This document shows positions 37,365-51,149 of a DNA stretch of 64,000 nucleotides, piece by piece (positions within the stretch are counted from its first letter, which is position 1; every line of letters starts with the position of its first letter). This stretch comes from Nemertoderma westbladi (lineage: Eukaryota; Animalia; Xenacoelomorpha), in the NCBI GenBank assembly GCA_032718475.1, contig JAUCBJ010003511.1, positions 12,910 to 76,909 on the forward strand, in the 5' to 3' direction. The notes under the pieces are model-generated. The model saw nothing but the letters and a program-made list of their open reading frames with translations, ran no database searches and was not told where the DNA came from. Position numbers and translations under genes: made by a program.

Positions 37365-39205
37365 TTGGAAACAGGAGCGGGAAAACGAGTAAGGGGAGAA
37401 ACGCGCCAGATTTATCAGCGCAAACAGTCGAACGCAACCAAATCCGACTCACGGCGAAATGAACAACCCAAATCTGGTAATCGCTACCACAAGCGAAATA
37501 ATCAATCTGCCCCTAAGGTGCTACTTAACTGCTGCTTGATAAATGCGCGTTCAGTTTGTAACAAACTGAGCGATCTAGAATCGCTGCTATGTCCACCAAA
37601 TTATGATATAGTAGGAGTGACAGAATCATGGCTACGTGATTCAGTGACGGACCAAATGATAAACGGTGAAAATAAATATGATGTTTTTAGAAATGACAGA
37701 ATTGGTAAAATTGGTGGCGGTGCAGCGCTGCTAATTCGAAACAGCATTAAATGTCGCAAAGTGGGAAGTTTCGATACTGAATGTCTGGCTACAGAGGCCG
37801 ATGTAGTGGCTGTTGATCTTTTAGGTAAAAACCCGTCTCGTATAATCAGTGTCTATCGTCCCCGACCTAACTTACCTTCTGATTCTATATTGTGCAATTT
37901 GTTAGCGAAATTATGCGACATTGAAACGCCGTGTACTATTATTGGCGATTTTAATTTACCTTTAGTTAAATGGGAAGAATCTGAATTTCCCGACACAGAT
38001 ATATATAAGGTGTTTTCAACGTTTGTTTTGGAAGCTGGTTTATCTCAGCTCCAGTTCAGCCCTACACGTGGCAATAACGTGTTAGATTTAGTGTTTACCA
38101 CAGATCAATTCTATATTTCTAACATTGCAGTTACGGTACCATTCGCAACTAGCGACCATAGTACAGTTACTTTTAATCTTTTAGGACCTAATCCAGTTTC
38201 CACCGAGAACCGGGAATGCCACGGATTTTACGATTTTAAACATGCTGATTACGCAGATTTTACTAACTACATCGACAGTTGCGATACAGTAGATGATTTT
38301 TGGAATGCTTTTTCTTGTAAACTAAAAACGGGTATTGATCAGTTTGTGCCTTTTAAACAATTTAAATCAATCATCAAACCCCACCCCGAACATATTCGTG
38401 TTTTACAGCGCAAAAAGAAACAGCTGTGGCGTCACCGGCACACAACCGGGGGCAAAATAGCATATGATCAATGTGCTAAATAAGTTTCTAAGGAAATCTT
38501 CCGTGTGGCTTGCATAAAGGAGAATAAAATTTTATCTTCCGAAAATAAGAGTACCCTTTTCAATTACGTTAATTCCAAGCGTAAAGGAAAGTCGGGAATT
38601 GCCCCTCTGAAACATAAGGAGGATATAGTGGTAGATGATTTGATAAAAGCCCGTATTTTCGCCGAAGTATTAAGCGAAAATTTTAATTTAGATAATGATA
38701 ATATACCTAGTTTTAAACGTAGGATTGATTCTAGAACCAATTTATCAAAAGTTGATTTCTGTCCCGTTACAGTATATGCTATGCTTAGGAAACTTAAAAA
38801 AAAGACCAGCCGTACACCTGACGGATTACCGAACATTCTCTTCGCAAATTTGTCTCGCTGCATTGCGGCACCATTATCGGCACTTTTCAAAATTTCTTTT
38901 GAATATCACGCGTTACCGACGATATGGCTTACAGCCAATGTCATTCCGATATACAAAAAGGGAAATCCGTCAGACCCGTACAATTACAGGCCAGTCTCAT
39001 TAACATGTGTAGCGTGCAAATTAATGGAATCGTGTATAAAGATTGAAATAGTAAATTATTTGTTTAAACATGGTTTAATATGTAAGGCACAACACGGCTT
39101 TTTAAAAAAACGCTCTACTTGTTCTCAACTTATTGAATATGTAAAAGATTGGTGTAATTTTCTAGACCATAAGAAATCCTTTGATGTGATATACATAGAC
39201 TATGC
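37365..39205 (+). mobile_element. CR1-group LINE ORF2 (AP endonuclease + N-terminal RT), one internal stop, 3'-truncated
   Basis: INARSV, GVTESWL, GDFN, PTRGNNVLDLV, SDH; then PIYKKG..NYRPVSLT, QHGF, YIDY. Confidence 0.92.
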
Positions 39206-39399
39206 TGCAGGGGTAGAACCCCACGACCTCTGGAACGATATTAATTCAAGGAAATGGATTTAAATGCTACGATTTAAATGCTACTAATGCTTGAAAAAAA
39301 TTGAATATATGCGTGTTTGTATTAGAACACGATCCTTAAAAATACAAAGTATGCTGTCATGTTGTTCGTTCATTCAATATGCTCTAATTAACAATAAAC

Positions 39400-39654
39400 A
39401 CAATATTGCAATGTTCTAGAGTTAATATACGGAAATAATAACCTTCAGCGAATAAAACTGTAATAATCACTTCTGCCTTATCCTTCAGCAAATTAACCTA
39501 ATATAATAACCTCGGCCTGCGGCCTCGGTAATTATACAGGTTAATTTGCTTCTGGAACGGCATTATTACGGTGTATTATATACGGTGATTATTCAGTTTT
39601 ATTCGCTTCAGGTTATTATTTCCGTATATTAACTCTAGAACATTGCAATATTGT
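39400..39654. mobile_element. ~255-bp foldback MITE
   Basis: ACAATATTGCAATGTTCTAGAGTTAATATACGGAAATAATAACC... (39400-39470) is inverted at 39585-39654. Inner arms (CAGCAAATTAACCT / AGGTTAATTTGCT) surround CCTCGGCCTGCGGCCTCGG. Confidence 0.85.
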
Positions 39655-42600
39655 ATGTAAAATGGTGTGCCCACACGTTGCTATACGCATAATACTAGAC
39701 ATTACAATAATTATTTATTAGCTTTATAAATATTTACAATAGACATAAATGGGAAAAAACAGAACTCAATTTAACCCGAAATTATAAATAACGAATATTA
39801 TGATGGCATGAACTCTTCTCTTTATATCTATGCACCACAACGGCAAAATAGAACAACACTAGCTATACTACTGTTCTTTTTTGTCATTTAAAATCTATAT
39901 CTACTATACTATTACATTACTATCACAAACATTACAAATTTTAGCTAAATAAACGTTAAATTGTAACATTGAAAAATTGTAATGCTATAACTATAATGTT
40001 ACAATCATGTCATACATTGCGTAAATCGAAATTATCTATCTATGGGCTCTATTGATTGATTGATTGATTCTCAAATAACAACACCATGCACTTGAATGTT
40101 ATTGTATTATTTCAGTAGTTATTACTGTGCCAAGAGGTTTTATGTTCTAGAATAAATATTTGACCTTCTGACAGCAAGATGGTAGTGTAAAGGCTTTTGC
40201 GGAATTAGCTGGTTATTTTCCCCGCAAAGTACTCTGTAGGTGTTTTAACGGACATAAAAAGTCTCCCGGGTATATCCAACGGGTGAATGGTCGCGCATAG
40301 GATGGCTTCGGCTAATGTAGTGTATCAAATACTCATCATAGGCTAAAGTCGATTTATAACCTAGAAGACACCTAAATTTGGCAGGTTAAACTGCTAAAGG
40401 TCTAAAAGCGCGAACAATAACAGTTATAGCTTCTTTATTGCATGTAGGCAATAAAGGGCAAAAGTACCGGTCGACCGGTAACCAATAGGCCTGACTACCT
40501 AACCGCGCCGCTATGCGGATGTTAATGACGGATGAGGTGGCACAGAATGTTAATTGGCGTGGAAAAGGCGGGAAGGTTCCTTTCGGGGAAAAGTTACAAT
40601 GTAATATAATGACCGAAGGTCTAAGTAATTCCTCGCTATTTAGCTATTTAAGGACGAAGTTGGAGCAAACCAAACAATTCATAAAATTATGAAAGTGTGG
40701 TTGAAACACGCCAAAGAACGATGTACAAAATCTCACCAATAAAAACTAACAATAATAACTCTAGTACTACAGTATGTATTACCAATATTGAATCAAAATT
40801 ACGTATATATTGTATGTGAAGTATTAGGGCATTATTGAATAGGTCGGTAAAGTTGGAAGGTACATTGAAATTAGGATTCCTTGAAAGGAAATCTTTAAGT
40901 TTGCGTTGCGAAAAATGCGAAAACTTTTTTTAAACAATATTTTCTTAAGATATGCAAAAAAACGTTTTAGAAACAATTTTTTAATTATCGTTTGTGACTG
41001 TGAGATAGCGCGACGGGGGTCTACGATTTCATGATGATTTGTGAAAAAGGGGGAGGGGGGGGATCTAAATTGTAAAAAAAAGGGTGTGACGTAATTTAAT
41101 AATCTGAAAAAATAGATGGAAAAATCAAACATTGTTTTTCAAAAATGATGATGATGGAGACTTTAATTACCAATCGCTTGGTCTTAAAATTAAGCACTAA
41201 AGAATAAATAAAATTTTATGTTAATGACTATTTGTATCACGTTGATAAAAGTAGCACTTTATAGGAAAACAGTAAAGTAAACGAGTAGACCTACTGTTTT
41301 CCTATAAAGTAATTTTATCAGTGTGTATAATTTTGTTCAAAAATTGAAATATTTCTCTCCGACTTCCCGATGAGGCGTTGTTTAATACAACGTACCGTAC
41401 CGTTAGCGGTACCGTACAGTGTTTATCGCCAACTGCTGTTTGATATGCTGATTGCAAGGCCTACTCCTAGAGTACTATGGTGCGCCATAGAATTTGACCC
41501 CATAAGTTTGGTTTACGTATAGGTGAGCGTACAAAAAACTGACAGAAGGATTGAAATGTTTCAATTTTTATATATGTTAAAAATGAATACTTGAAGAAAG
41601 TCTAAGAAGGCTCGGTGAAGAGGGTTATGATTGGATGTGGATAGGCTGTTTTCAATAATGCCCAGTTTATACAGTAGTTAGTTATATATAACGTTAAGTA
41701 TACATTGATGTACAAACAAATTTCTAACTAAAGACGGGTGAATGACCATGACCATGGAAATAATTTTAAATATAATTGTATATCAACTATTTGGGGAGGC
41801 TTCCAAGTTAAACCCGAAAACAATTATTTTGTTACATATATAGTAAATAACGTTGTATGTTCTTCTTCCTCTCATAATAAAATATAAATGAAATATCTCA
41901 GATAGCTATGCCCTGTAACTTTTCACAACCAAAATATTTAAGTGTGAAAAGTGTAGGCCTACCACGCCCCACCCAAACAGGCCAAACAGGCATATGCAAT
42001 TGAATGAGCCATCTACAAGTAAATAAAGGCTAATGTATATTGTAATTGTTAGACAGATACTGGTGCACAAGGTATAATACAGTTGTGACAGTATGCAAGC
42101 TACAATTTTAGTATAGATTTATTATATGCAAACATATGCATAACAGCAACAAGTAACATCTCTAAGTTATTCAGGTAGATTCAACGTATTATATCATAGC
42201 TGTTTTTGCATTTTATAAGCAACATCTTTGGTCTACGCGGTATATTTAATATAGTTGTTATGTAAAGTTTATTTTGCGTTTATATTTGCGCTGTTGCATA
42301 TACAGCGATATAGTAAACTCTTGAATCCTAATAGATTTTCGGCATAGTCTATATTAGTAAACAAGGTATTTAAGTAATTAAAGTTTTTCCCTTTAACAAA
42401 TTTTGATGTTGTTTAAATTAGCAAATTACAATGTCAAAAGTTTCCAAAGAACGTTTTTCCCATAGAATCCAGTCAAAACCTCCTGCAAAGTTACAGGATC
42501 AATTGAATGATACTAAAGAAAGGGTCAATAAGTTACTAACTATGACAATAGAGATGTTAACATCGTTAGATGCCATCCAAGAATACGTTTTGCTTTTAAA

Positions 42601-42914
42601 AACATAGAAATTAAGATGCTTATATAGTGCATATCAAGACCTACATGCCAGATAGATTAAAGTTTATTTAGGTCTTACTAGGTACTTACTATACTATTGC
42701 TTTATTTTTAATTGACATATCTCAGCTCATATTTTTTACTATTACATTTTTAGTGGTGGGAAAACTAAAAAAAGCAATTCTTAAATTAAAGAAAATGGAA
42801 ATATCAGTTAAATTTACAAATGCTATTAATAAATAAGAGAAAAAACTTGAATGAAAAAATTGATATGAAAAAAAGACAGTAAAAGTTAAAGCCCCAATTG
42901 CCCATTTTCATATT

Positions 42915-42990
42915 GTACTGTATTTGTAACCAAGTAACATAAATGACCCCCATGGAAATAAGCTGCAAAGCTTTTGTTAGCGGATCCAAT
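42915..42990 (+). mobile_element. Isolated LINE 3'UTR fragment
   Basis: AAGTAACATAAA.GACCCC.TGGAAATAAGCTGCAAAGCTTT matches 56133-56175 in the 3'UTR of the LINE at 51150-56275. Confidence 0.7.
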
Positions 42991-45190
42991 TCGCTGCACT
43001 ACCCAGCGGAAAATGGGCAAAGTGATGATTTACCAATTACAGTTGGCTACGCGACATTACCAATATTATGTCACCTACCAACGCATGGGGCAACATACAT
43101 TGCCAATTTGTTAAACAACCGCGACACCTATACTAACAGCAGAACTGTTGAACAGACAAATACCCGTATACCTCTCTGCCAACCTAATGAGCTCTCGCCT
43201 AACCAATAAGACACAAAGACTGCTCTACTGTTAAGTAAAGGGGATCAGGAGCGTGATATTACTAAATTGTAAAGGTTGCTAAATACAAAACCGCTACTTA
43301 CCGTTGGATGGCGCTAATCTGCCGTCCGCTAATATATTTTACACAGCTCCTGCAAAATCGCTTGTTCCTTTCTCTACCGATCGCTCGATAGAGAGCTAAC
43401 TGTTCGAATCTATAAGCCACGCGGGAAGCCACGCTTTGCACTCAGAGTATTCTTACGCCTAATTTTACTACTGAAATACGCTAATGCTTACGTCTTTTCT
43501 AATCGCGAATACTGAGGGTTCCCTAATGGAATGTGTGAATGCGAGAATATTTAAATAAATCAAAATTGGTACAGTACAATGTCTTTCGTGGGTGATACCG
43601 GTCTAGGTATTGGTACTGGGTCGACTGGGTCTAAACTTGCCTGCAGCTGGCTTTAGGCCAGCAACTTACTAGTGTCTTGCGTACTGACTACTGCGATCTA
43701 GCTTATTGCCCGCTAATGCAAATAACCGCTCAGCGTGAATAGTTTACGGTACTCTAAATTATTACCTTAGCTACTCTCCGCTATGCTGCGTACTAATTCT
43801 TAATTTTACTAATCAATTACAGTCACAAATATGTAACAGCGTACTAATTACTAAGAGTTCCAGAATGCGTAACTCTAATTTATTACACAACAGGTTTCGC
43901 TAGTAATAGCCTAAAATGCCGTATTACTTTGACCTAATCAGTAATTATTTGTTGTAACTAAGAAATAGAAATCAATCAAAGAGAAAGGGGCGCCTACCTA
44001 AGCATTCGTAATCATAGGCACACTTCAGTAACACACCAATCAGCGTCAGCAATCACAGATCACAATAGCACGACTTGCAATTATACAATCTGCAATTATA
44101 TAATTCGCAACATAATAATTCGCAATTGACTAATTCGCAATCTACTTACTCGCAACCTACCTACTCGCAACTTACTTACTCGCAACTTACTTACTTACTG
44201 TAAGGTATGCAGGCCCCTCCCGGGTACATCTAGGCTTCCTAACTAACCCAATTCCTGCCCCCCTAATACTAAATAGAGACAAAACCTTGGATCATCAGCC
44301 CCCTAATTACTGTACCGGCGAGCGGTTTCCAACCCACAGTCCAAACTGTCCGACCGCAACGTTGACCCCCGCCAGCATTGCCCGCTTTTGAATCCTCCGC
44401 TCTCCCTTAGTCGCTCAACCCCCCGATGTGCCCACCGCCTACTGGCACCTTAGCCCTCCATTATGCTAATAGCTACCGTAGCGGCGCATGCAAATCACAA
44501 AGTCTGACAGTCTCAGAAATCCCTTAGGATTATTGCGTAGAAAGGAATCACATAGAACCATTAACAAAAGGTAGAAATCATAGTTCCGGTTGTAATTAGC
44601 AGTAATCGATAGGATTAATTGAGAAACACAATCAAGAATAATCGCACTAGCAAATCATTTTGAGAAATTAATCAAATTGCAGAAATACGCTAAAATATCT
44701 GAATAAGGATGTAAGGGTTGGTGATAGGGGTGATAGGTACAGCTCTACCGGCACACCGCCAATTTATAGGTGATCTGAGTGGGGTGATGCAATAGGGTGA
44801 CTCAATCGCTCTCCTATTGGCTCTCCAGTCCGCGCTAGCATTAGACCAACCTGGAAGCAGTTAGTCCAATAAGGAGGCCGGATTGTAGCCCTATTGCTGC
44901 CCAAACCTCAAATTATTACCATATATGGTAATGGATCATGTCCCTGGCTGCTGAATGGCCAGGACAGCGTCCCTATATCTAGCCCTATTGAAGCTAATAA
45001 CAGCAAGCACAAAATCCAGGGTCCGACTAAACTTGCTACCCTGGAACTATCTACCTATATCCTAATACAAAATTACGTAGGTAGGGCTACATATTATACA
45101 AAATGGATGGATTCAAATATATGGGCGTTTCGATTTCCCTATCTAAATATCACCTCGCTATTATACCTTATCTAAAATATTATGCTGCAC

Positions 45191-45278
45191 AACGGACTAA
45201 TATTGCGTACAGTATAACGGACTAATATTGCGTACAGTATAACGGACTAATATTGCGTACAGTATAACGGACTAATAT
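45191..45278. repeat. 25-bp tandem repeat (AACGGACTAATATTGCGTACAGTAT) x 3.5
   Basis: Direct reading. Confidence 0.92.
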
Positions 45279-45279
45279 A

Positions 45280-47614
45280 TTATACTGCATAATGACTAAT
45301 AATGTGGATACAGCGCCATATACCGTAACACAATTGGTTAGGGAGAGATGACAGGTTACAAGCCACAGAAGTTAGGGACTGCCAGAGGGGATAATAGATT
45401 GCCAATGGTGGGGCAATTTTTTGTGGTGATACATTTGAATGGGCAGTTAATTTTATATAAGGTTCCTTTATTGGTGGGCTTTGTGGAGTTTGTATAGTTG
45501 GACTATCTGGTGTTGTGGGGGTTGAAATAGTTGGCCTATCTGGTGTTGTGGTGGTTGGATTAGTTGGCCTATCTGGTGTTGTGGGGGTTGGATTAGTTGG
45601 CCTATCTGGTGTTGTGGAGGTTGGATTAGTTGGCCTATCTGGTGTTGTGGAGGTTGGGATAGTTGGCCTATCTGGTGTAGTGGGGGTTATTGGAGGTGTT
45701 AATAGGAGCTGATGTAGAGCATTATGGGCAGCTAATACATTTTTAACCCCAAACTTAGAGTCTATGCAAGCGATTTTTTCTGAGTGTGCTAAATAGAACG
45801 ATGCAGCTTTCTGAGTTTCTTCGTCAAAACCCATAGCTGCAGTCTCTAACAACTTGCGACAAGCCGTGGGAGTTAAATTGTGGTATGGAATTTCGGGGAA
45901 TGTGTCGTAAAGTCTCTTTAATTCCTGTCCAGGGCTAATGAATTGCTTACCTACTGTATTTAGAAAGACATATTTTAGATCATTAGCAATATCTACAGAT
46001 TTGGGTTGCATTCGAACGATTTTAGGTCTAATATTTTCAGTATAGAATAAAGTTTCATCATAGAGATCATCTGATAAGCCAAAATGGGCAAGCAACTCAG
46101 CAACAGCAACAACATACCATCCCCACAGAATTTAGGTTGCCCCCCACGACGAAACTCAGAAAGCTGTCAAGTGCTCACAACCATCGGTCTTTGTACTTCT
46201 AGAACCATAAGGGGGGCCATGAGGGACCTCATATCAAGCAACAACAAGAACAAGAACAACAAGACTTAGAGAAGGGCTCACAACAAGAAGGTAATCTGTC
46301 CTATTTATTTGTTTTTGGCGTAGTAAATTTTGTTTTGCTAATTCAACTTGCTCCTTAACATTACTATCTGTTATAATACGTATAGTTTCTCGTGGATCTC
46401 TATCTACAAACTTTTCATAGTCCTCTATCCTACGTTGTATAATTAACTCATCCTCTTCATAACTCTTACTTATGAGGTTAGAAATACTCGACTTTTGGAA
46501 GGCTTGGTGAGCATCTAAACAATCTTTAAATTGGTCCCACAATGAGTCAGGTTTTATTCTAAAGTGGCCTTACTCGTTTATTCTGAACTTCATGTACTTC
46601 TTTAAGTTTTTTAATGGATACTTAATACTCTCTGCAGTCATTCCTAATTCCTTAAGCTTGTATAAATACTCATCTACATAGTGTGTATTCCTCATGTTTT
46701 TTACCGGTTCGGTCATTTATATAGCTTGCGATTTTAAGTACGTCATAGGATTGGGATAACTTTTGGATAACTTTGCCCCCCCCCCCCAGATTTCCCTTCC
46801 ATCCTATTACATTCTGAAAGGTAAAACCTATTAACAGATGGTGCTTTGTCCAGGTTGAAACGTTTATATAGTCCAGCATTTTGAATTTTAGATTTTGTTG
46901 ACCCTTCCCCCCATGATATAGATGGTTCTGATAGATGTTCTTGATTTTCTGTTCTTAATTTTTTCGGTGAGTTTTGAGGACTTTCACTAAAGCTAGTATC
47001 AGAATCCGAGTCAAATATACGACACTTTCTTTTATGATTTATTTTTATTAATAGTTTATTTGGTGAACTTGGAGGGGCATAGGAACAAGAGGGTGGCACA
47101 TCAAGACCAATCAGTGGTGAATGCACATTTACCACAGATGGACGATCAGTGGAGGTGCAGGCTGATGTTTCATGCTTTAATGTAGCACCTGCAGAGTTAT
47201 CTATGTTAGTCGTATCAATATCAACCTCATATCTTTTTAAAAAGCTACAGAGCTTTACAACACTGATCCCACCACCCGCAAGTATTTCTCCTACCACCTC
47301 CACTATATTTCCAAGGGAAATAGAAATATTACCCTAAGGTTTTCTACTTCTTCCACATCAGTATTATTAGTATTCTTGGGGAAATTTTTATCAAGTCTGG
47401 CCTTTTGGTACAACCTACCTACTTCTTCCTGTGAAAACTTACTGTACTTAGCTCTATTAGCTTAACACTACAAGCTGTACTTAGCTTAACACTTGCTCTC
47501 ACCTGGCATCAGGGTGTGGTGCTTGAGGTGGCTTAATAAGTATTGTGTGGGTTCTTTGAACGAACAACCATCAACGGGACAAACAAGGTAGGTACGATTT
47601 TTGTGAGGTGCCAT
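45280..47614 (-). pseudogene. C2H2 zinc finger + tyrosine recombinase (Crypton-like/phage-integrase fold), frameshifted
   Basis: ATG at 47614: MAPHKNRTYLVCPVDGCSFKEPTQYLLSHLKHH. Core-binding-like VDEYLYKLKELGMTAESIKYPLKNLKKYMKF (~46590-46680). Catalytic-half motifs YTENIRP, YVFLNTVGK, LTPTACRKLLET, YLAHSEKIA. Pro/Thr 33-bp repeat tail at 45490-45690. Confidence 0.65.
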
Positions 47615-48282
47615 TTGTAAATTCGGAGAAACGTATATGCAGTCAAACAAGAAGGAGTAACTTTGAAGGAATGAGTTGAAAATTAAAACAAGAAAGATAC
47701 AATTTGGAGGACCGAGTTAACAATTTAGAGAAATGTAGACATAGTCAAACGTCAGTAGGTGGAGAGATGAAACAGCTGAGGTGATGGAAACTTGCTTTAG
47801 ACCTAATAGTTAATGTTTGCCGTTTGCAGATTAGAGCTTGAGTTAGAACAATTTACTTTTTTATTGAGAATAATAATAGATATAATTTAGCTATACAGTA
47901 ATATAATTTAATTTAGCATAATTTAATTTATTATTAAGCAACCGATGGCGGCTGTCCATAATGGTTATGGGTATTTTGAATTGTGACCCTACAGTTTGTT
48001 ATATTTATAGCAGGTGCCTTCGACATAATTAGATTATATAACCTATACCGATAAGTTTAAAAATATAGTTTTAATAAAAATTTACTAATTGCGTTTACTA
48101 ATATATCTGTACGGTAGTTTCTGAAAGGAGAACAGGTCTTGAACAAGTGTAAGTCTGTTAAATAGGATGTACTAATACTGTAATTATCCAATCACAGGCC
48201 CCAATGGACTGTTGTAATACATTGAATGCTGGGCGGGGAGGCTAGTTACTGGGTTAGTCTATCAAATAAAAACCAATATTGC

Positions 48283-48528
48283 TTATATTGGGTAGTTAGG
48301 CCCCTACCTATATCCAATCACAGGGTTATATTGGGTAGTTAGGCCCCTATCTATATCCAATCACAGGGTTATATTGGGTAGTTAGGCCCAACCTATATCC
48401 AATCACAGGGTTATATTGGGTAGTTAGGCCCCAACCTATATCCAATCACAGGGTTATATTGGGTAGTTAGGCCCCAACCTATATCCAATCACAGGGTTAT
48501 AATGGGTAGTTAGGCCCCAACCTATATC
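48283..48528. repeat. 43-bp tandem repeat x ~6, each unit with inverted ATTGG/CCAAT
   Basis: TTATATTGGGTAGTTAGGCCCCAACCTATATCCAATCACAGGG repeated. Confidence 0.93.
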
Positions 48529-50193
48529 TAAATTGCTTTAATACAATGGATATTAAATCAAATGATGTACAGTATTTCATTGTATCAACTGATAATTAAT
48601 AATGTCGATTACAGCACGTCCAATTTATGTGTATCTTAAATAATGTATAGAGCACGTGCGACTTAACTTGTACCTGGATGTCTCATTCAATAATATAGTT
48701 AATGAACATAATTTTGAAAAAAATGAATGAAAAAATGAATTTAATTCGACAGACCCCAATTGTATAACCCTGTGTTGAAGAAGGGACAGCGTTTTTGACA
48801 CAAGCATTGAAGCGAGGTAGTCTGCTGTTTCAAACAGCGTGGTGTAGCGGTCTGTATGGGTTGTCGGCAACTGATAAACACTGGTTTAATTCCCATCGCG
48901 GTGACTTCACATTTAGTTAATATTATTTTCATAATCAATAATTATTTAATAAGAATTACTTATAGGAATGTAGTCCGATAATTCTGGCCAGAACCGGAAC
49001 GTCAATTAAATTTAAGAAAAGTCCGCGGACGACCGGCTAATTAGAGGGCTGGAGGGAGGAGGTGGGGGGGGGGGGGGGGGGGGTGGGAGGGGGGGGGGGT
49101 GGGGTGGCGCGTTGGAGGTCCTGAGGGTCTTATATGAAAGGTATTTCCGAAGTATTATCGAGTTCGAATTCAAACAGTACAGTTCATATAAATTAATGAG
49201 TATTGCATTGGAAAAGGTTTGTACGTAATTTTGGACTTTCATCTATTTGTAGTATATGAACTAATGTTTATGTGTACCTGAGTATGAAAAATATATCAAC
49301 AATAATACATCTTGTTGCAATGGAAACATGTTGCTAGGAAAAATCCATGAAATTGAACGTTTTCCACATATAACATAACAATAACTTATAACAATAAATA
49401 AGCTAAGATTACAAAATACAGTTCGTTTTGGACAAAATAGACCTGCATAGCACATAACAGCAGTGTAGAGAAATATAACTTAAAACAAGTTAGTTATAAC
49501 TCAGTCCATCTCATCATCCATGGCGGTTTTGGCCGCATTTGTGACCGCGTTTGAGACCGCGGTTTCGGCTACAGTATTGGCCGCATTTGTCGCCCCCGTT
49601 GTTGTCGCCGTGGCATCTATAGGGGAGTATCATTATTATTTTAGCTAAAACTATTGCGTTGGGTAAATGTTCAACATAATATTATATTTATATAGCATGA
49701 TAATGATAATGTAGAATGAAAGGGGAACCGATTCATGTAAATATATTATTTAATAAATATATCAAGTTATAGAACATAATAGTTTTTGAACGTGTATAGC
49801 AAGTGTGATACAATACGACATGCAAAGTACAATTTATAAAACATATTAGTTATTGGACTTTTATTAGCAATGTCATATATATTAAATATATGTGTACGAC
49901 TTACAAAACATATACTTGAGAAATATAAACATGGTTGTCAGTGTTTCAATCAGTCGGTCAGTATGTTTCTTTGTTGATCAGTCTATTAGTTGGTCTGTCT
50001 GTTCGTCGATTATTCTGTCGAATTAATATATCAATCGTTGGTCTGTCTATCACTCCATTGACAGGAGATTGACGCAAGTTACAGCTGCCGGCATCGGCAC
50101 GTTAAAACGACTAGATATATCGCGCCGCGACCTCGAGACGCCAGATGCGCCTCTCGAGAGTGCCAATGGATATACTCTACCCTTAGTTTTCTT

Positions 50194-50740
50194 TTGGGTT
50201 TTATTTTCTTCTTCGGGTTTATCCCCGAATCCCTTCCGTTCATTATCTATCTATGTATGTATCTATGTATTCTTTATGTATGGCGCAACGGCCACAGAAC
50301 TCAGTTACAACAACCCTATTCCGGGCCTTTCCCCATGCTTAAACCCGGACCCAAAACTTTTGAAATAAAGGTAGGGCGACGATGAAACACGGTCTCGGTC
50401 GACCGCCTTAAAATCGCCCACGGCGTAGCGTCAACCGACATGCCCGCAATAACGCACAAACCACAGCCCGCCCCACAACCGACAGTCATTCCACAAACCC
50501 CGGCCACATCTCGCTCGGGATGAAACCTCATCAGCCAGACCGATTTGCCCCATAAACTCAGGATGTTAGTGCTGGGGGGGGGGGGGGGGGGGGGCATGTA
50601 GCGTTCCCTCGACCAGGATTCGCACCCTCACCAAGAGGACATAACTGAGTCCGAGCATTATAATTATCATACTGACTGCCCTATGGTACTGCTGTACATA
50701 CTGACTCACGGCAACTGATACCAGTAGCCTTCTCTGCACA
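50194..50740 (+). mobile_element. Gypsy 3' end: integrase GPY/F tail, G-run PPT and start of LTR
   Basis: LQQPYSGPFPMLKPGPKTFEIKVG..TVSVDRLK. Poly-G at 50574-50594 is followed by TGTAGCG at 50597. Confidence 0.8.
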
Positions 50741-51149
50741 ATTTATATTTGATTATAATAATATAATCTTGGTATTACGATTCCTCATTTTTGATGGGAT
50801 TGTCATCGGTAAATTGTCTAGTTCTGATGCGGGACCTGTCCCAAGATTTCTTGCTGGGGACAAGTGGCGCAACCTGGTCAACGGAAGGGGGAATGTTAGT
50901 ATGGGGTGCAGCTGTAACCGGTGGGTGGTGAATAAAAGGTTCAGTGTCAATATCTGACTCAGACATTATGTCAAGTTAATGTAATCTATGCACAAATAGT
51001 ATGTTGCAACTACAAAGACCCAAAGAAAGTTGCTATGGACTACTGTTTAATAGGAAGGAATTGTCACTCTGAATTCCACGATTGGTGTGCGAGGGGTTGA
51101 GGGTGGGTGGGGTGGTTGAGGTGAACATGGTAAGTATGCTGGTGTTATC

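Noticed and set aside
41364-41400. Hammerhead-like CCGATGAG with hairpin
   Set aside because: The core is not CUGANGA and no GAAA/UH or stem I follows.
49040-49110. G-quadruplex or poly-Pro ORF
   Set aside because: Simple G homopolymer tracts, common throughout the window and prone to sequencing error.
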